8,000 nucleotides of DNA from the NCBI GenBank assembly GCA_035357435.1, contig DAOPNM010000022.1, positions 1-8,000 of the forward strand, read 5' to 3'. This DNA is from an archaeon (GTDB taxonomy: Archaea; Iainarchaeota; Iainarchaeia; Iainarchaeales; CSSED10-239). Within the stretch, counting starts at the first letter, position 1. Each line of letters opens with the position of its first letter. A program made the position numbers and the translations under genes. Under the pieces are notes generated by a model. It made no database searches. It was not told the origin of the DNA and saw only the letters and a list, made by a program, of their open reading frames with translations. This document shows positions 6,246 to 8,000 of this stretch, in pieces.

Positions 6246-7322
6246 TTATGCTTTTGATTTATTCTTTTCAACATAACTTATTAAAGCAGGTGCATTAAAC
6301 AACCATGTACCTATTAAATCACCAACTAATCCACAAACTAAAATTAAAGAAATTTCATAAACAACGGACATTTGTGTTAAATAAGAAAATACACAAATAA
6401 CAATCATTGTTGCAATTGCAGTTAAGGTCATTGTTAAACCAGTCTTAATTGCATCATTTGAAGAATCTATTGGATCTTTATGTTTCTCGTGTAACAACCT
6501 AGAAGTCAACATAATATCGGTATCTACAGAATACCCAATCAACATCAACAAAGCAGGAATTGTTACTAAACTTAATGGTAAACCAAACAATGCCATACCA
6601 GACAATCCTGCAAAAATATCAAAAAATGCAGAAAAGATTATTAATAAGGAAGGAATTATTTTTTTAAAAAATAATAAAACAACAACTATTAAAAGAACTA
6701 ATGCTGTGATTCCTATACTCAAAGAACTTTTTAAAAAATCTTTACCTAAAGTAGGAGCAACTTCTCTAATTTGAACCTTTGCATCTTCTTGTGTTAAATT
6801 TAATTGATCTAAAACAAGATCTAACACAATTTTATTAAAATTATCACTTGCTAAAACAAGTGTCTCTTCATTAAATGTTTTTAAATCCTCTTTATTTAAA
6901 ATTAAAGAAATATCTTCAACAACAGATGCATCTAAAATTCCTTTTTCAATCAATGGTTGAAACAATGCTTTTGATTCTTCTTTTAATGTATCAATATTTG
7001 CATTATAATTAAATTCAGCTTCTTTAGTTCTAGCCAAATCTAAATCAGGAGAAACTGAATAATTAACTAACAAACCATATTCTGTAATTCCTTTTGTTTC
7101 ACTCACTTCAACTTCTTTTAAACTATATGTTGATTGAAGAAGAGAAGCAATAGAACTATAATCTCTATGATCACTATAATGTAAAATAATCTGATTACCA
7201 CCTTTCAAATCAATACCTTGCTCTATACCAGGATGGAAAAAAATTAAAAAAACAAAAACAATAAAAAATATTAATGGCACAAATAACCATTTTTTATAAT
7301 TCTCTTTTTTATATAACTTCAT
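6246..7322 (-). CDS. secF: Protein-export membrane protein SecF (archaeal type)
   Basis: The 358-aa ORF has an N-terminal TM, then GIDLKGGNQI and an extracytoplasmic domain of about 165 aa. The C-terminal block reads GKDFLKSS...LLMLIGYSVDTDIMLTSRLLHE, matching the SecF signature (GYS(I/V)(N/D)DTI...R). It ends 16 nt upstream of the secD ATG, and secF-then-secD is the order described for archaea. Confidence 0.85.
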   Translation of the reverse strand: MKLYKKENYKKWLFVPLIFFIVFVFLIFFHPGIEQGIDLKGGNQIILHYSDHRDYSSIASLLQSTYSLKEVEVSETKGITEYGLLVNYSVSPDLDLARTKEAEFNYNANIDTLKEESKALFQPLIEKGILDASVVEDISLILNKEDLKTFNEETLVLASDNFNKIVLDLVLDQLNLTQEDAKVQIREVAPTLGKDFLKSSLSIGITALVLLIVVVLLFFKKIIPSLLIIFSAFFDIFAGLSGMALFGLPLSLVTIPALLMLIGYSVDTDIMLTSRLLHEKHKDPIDSSNDAIKTGLTMTLTAIATMIVICVFSYLTQMSVVYEISLILVCGLVGDLIGTWLFNAPALISYVEKNKSKA

Positions 7323-7327
7323 AAAAA

Positions 7328-7333
7328 GATCAC
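7328..7333 (-). promoter_or_regulatory. Shine-Dalgarno-like GTGATC upstream of secF
   Basis: The minus strand reads GTGATC-TTTTT-ATG. GTGATC matches the 3' part of the archaeal SD consensus GGAGGTGATC and lies 5 nt from the start codon. Confidence 0.35.
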
Positions 7334-7444
7334 TATGTATATTTTAAATAAAACAAATGATATCGAAAAAGTTTAACTAAAATAATATATAAGAAAAAGT
7401 ATTTAAAGACTATGGTATAACAAAAAAAACATAAACCAAATCAA

Positions 7445-7482
7445 ATATATATCCATTAATAAACATATCAATCCATAATAAT
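7445..7482. repeat. Imperfect direct repeat with 20-bp phasing (ATAT-nn-ATCCAT(T)AATAA)
   Basis: 7445-7462 reads ATATATATCCATTAATAA and 7465-7482 reads ATATCAATCCATAATAAT. The ATCCAT cores start at 7451 and 7471, exactly 20 bp apart, within the divergent intergenic region. Confidence 0.3.
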
Positions 7483-7517
7483 ATAACTTACAAACAAAAT
7501 AAAAAATAGGCAAAAAT

Positions 7518-8000
7518 ATGCAATTCCCTAAAATCCATTTAAGTAAAGAAATATTAGACATAATTCTAAATCAACTAAAAAAAGATAAACAAAACAAAAA
7601 TGTATTTAGATATATCGATCAATTTCAAAAAAAAATTACTGACTACTACTTATCAATATTAAACAAACTTCCAGACTACACAAAAATGGAACCATTCTAC
7701 AAACTAATGTCACAAAACATTGTACCTTACACAACTATGGAAAAATACAAAAACCACTATCTTGCAACAATAAAAATCATAAACAAAATTTCAGAAAACT
7801 ACAAAAACAAATGTAAAAATGAAAGAGATTTTAGTAAAAGAGACAAACTAAAAAAAGAATTTCTTGGAAGAATCACATCGGTTATAAAAAAATTAGATTC
7901 AACAAACAAAAAACTAATAGAATGCTCCCAAGAATTCAAAAGAATACCAAACCCTAAAAAACTATTTACAATTGTAATTGTGGGGCTACCAAATACAGGA
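7518..8000 (+). CDS. NOG1-like GTP-binding protein, N-terminal portion (3' end beyond the window)
   Basis: This gene is absent from the ORF track because it has no stop in the window. The frame from ATG 7518 stays open for 161 codons to position 8000 and is A-rich in sense. A helical Lys-rich domain of about 150 aa ends in KKLFTIVIVGLPNTG. That is the start of a G-x-P-N-x-G-K-S type P-loop, as found in NOG1-family GTPases after their N-terminal domain. The rest of the G domain is not visible. Confidence 0.55.
   Translation, partial: MQFPKIHLSKEILDIILNQLKKDKQNKNVFRYIDQFQKKITDYYLSILNKLPDYTKMEPFYKLMSQNIVPYTTMEKYKNHYLATIKIINKISENYKNKCKNERDFSKRDKLKKEFLGRITSVIKKLDSTNKKLIECSQEFKRIPNPKKLFTIVIVGLPNTG

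Larger units (their letters stand above)
7323..7517. promoter_or_regulatory. Divergent intergenic region expected to hold the secFD and NOG1-like promoters
   Basis: This is the longest non-coding stretch in the window (195 nt), lying between divergently oriented genes. It holds several TATA-like strings. Examples are minus-strand TTTATTTAAAATATA at about 7339-7353 and plus-strand ATAATAATATAA at about 7476-7487, about 30 nt upstream of ATG 7518. Individual boxes cannot be assigned with confidence in such AT-rich DNA. Confidence 0.4.

Noticed and set aside
7336-7377. A 13-codon mini-ORF (MYILNKTNDIEKV) in the divergent intergenic region, and other very short ATG-initiated frames such as 3226 onward.
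   Set aside because: They are too short and lack SD or TATA context or conservation evidence. Such frames are expected by chance in AT-rich DNA.
1-8000. A search by eye for tRNA, rRNA, CRISPR repeats, IS or transposase ends, integrase, toxin-antitoxin or other defence-system genes.
   Set aside because: Non-coding spacers are short (195 nt or less) and too AT-rich to fold as tRNAs. There are no regularly spaced repeats beyond the single 20-bp-phased pair, and no ORF has nuclease, transposase or integrase-like motifs. All large ORFs are accounted for by housekeeping or membrane-protein families.

Overview
The window is very AT-rich and densely packed, and reads as archaeal housekeeping DNA. 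The sense strand of every gene is visibly A-rich. Seven co-directional genes lie on the + strand with gaps of 2 to 71 nt. They are the 3' part of an archaeal-type valyl-tRNA synthetase, a 181-aa membrane-anchored hypothetical protein, the KEOPS kinase Bud32, ribosomal proteins uS15 (S15P/S13e) and eS1 (S3Ae), a DUF92/TMEM19/VTE6-family polytopic membrane protein, and a 140-aa four-TM protein with exosortase/archaeosortase-like Cys/Arg/His motifs. A secF-secD operon on the - strand converges on this block and ends in a triple oligo-T terminator. A 195-nt divergent intergenic region follows, then the 5' part of a NOG1-like GTPase gene runs off the window. The ORF track misses that last gene because it has no stop in the window. 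I see no rRNA, tRNA, CRISPR array, transposase, integrase or recognisable defence system. All antisense track ORFs look like Phe/Leu/Ile-rich shadows of the A-rich coding strand. The gene content (eS1, S13e-type uS15, Bud32, archaeal ValRS motif), tiny intergenic spacers, Lys/Asn/Ile-rich divergent proteins and low GC suggest a small-genome uncultivated archaeon, possibly DPANN-like. That lineage call is inference only. Most of the window is ordinary. The most unusual item is the miniature archaeosortase-like gene directly downstream of the DUF92 lipid-kinase-like gene and facing secFD, which could be a compact surface-protein export and anchoring neighbourhood. The uncharacterised membrane protein coupled to valS comes second. 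No claim here was checked against a database.
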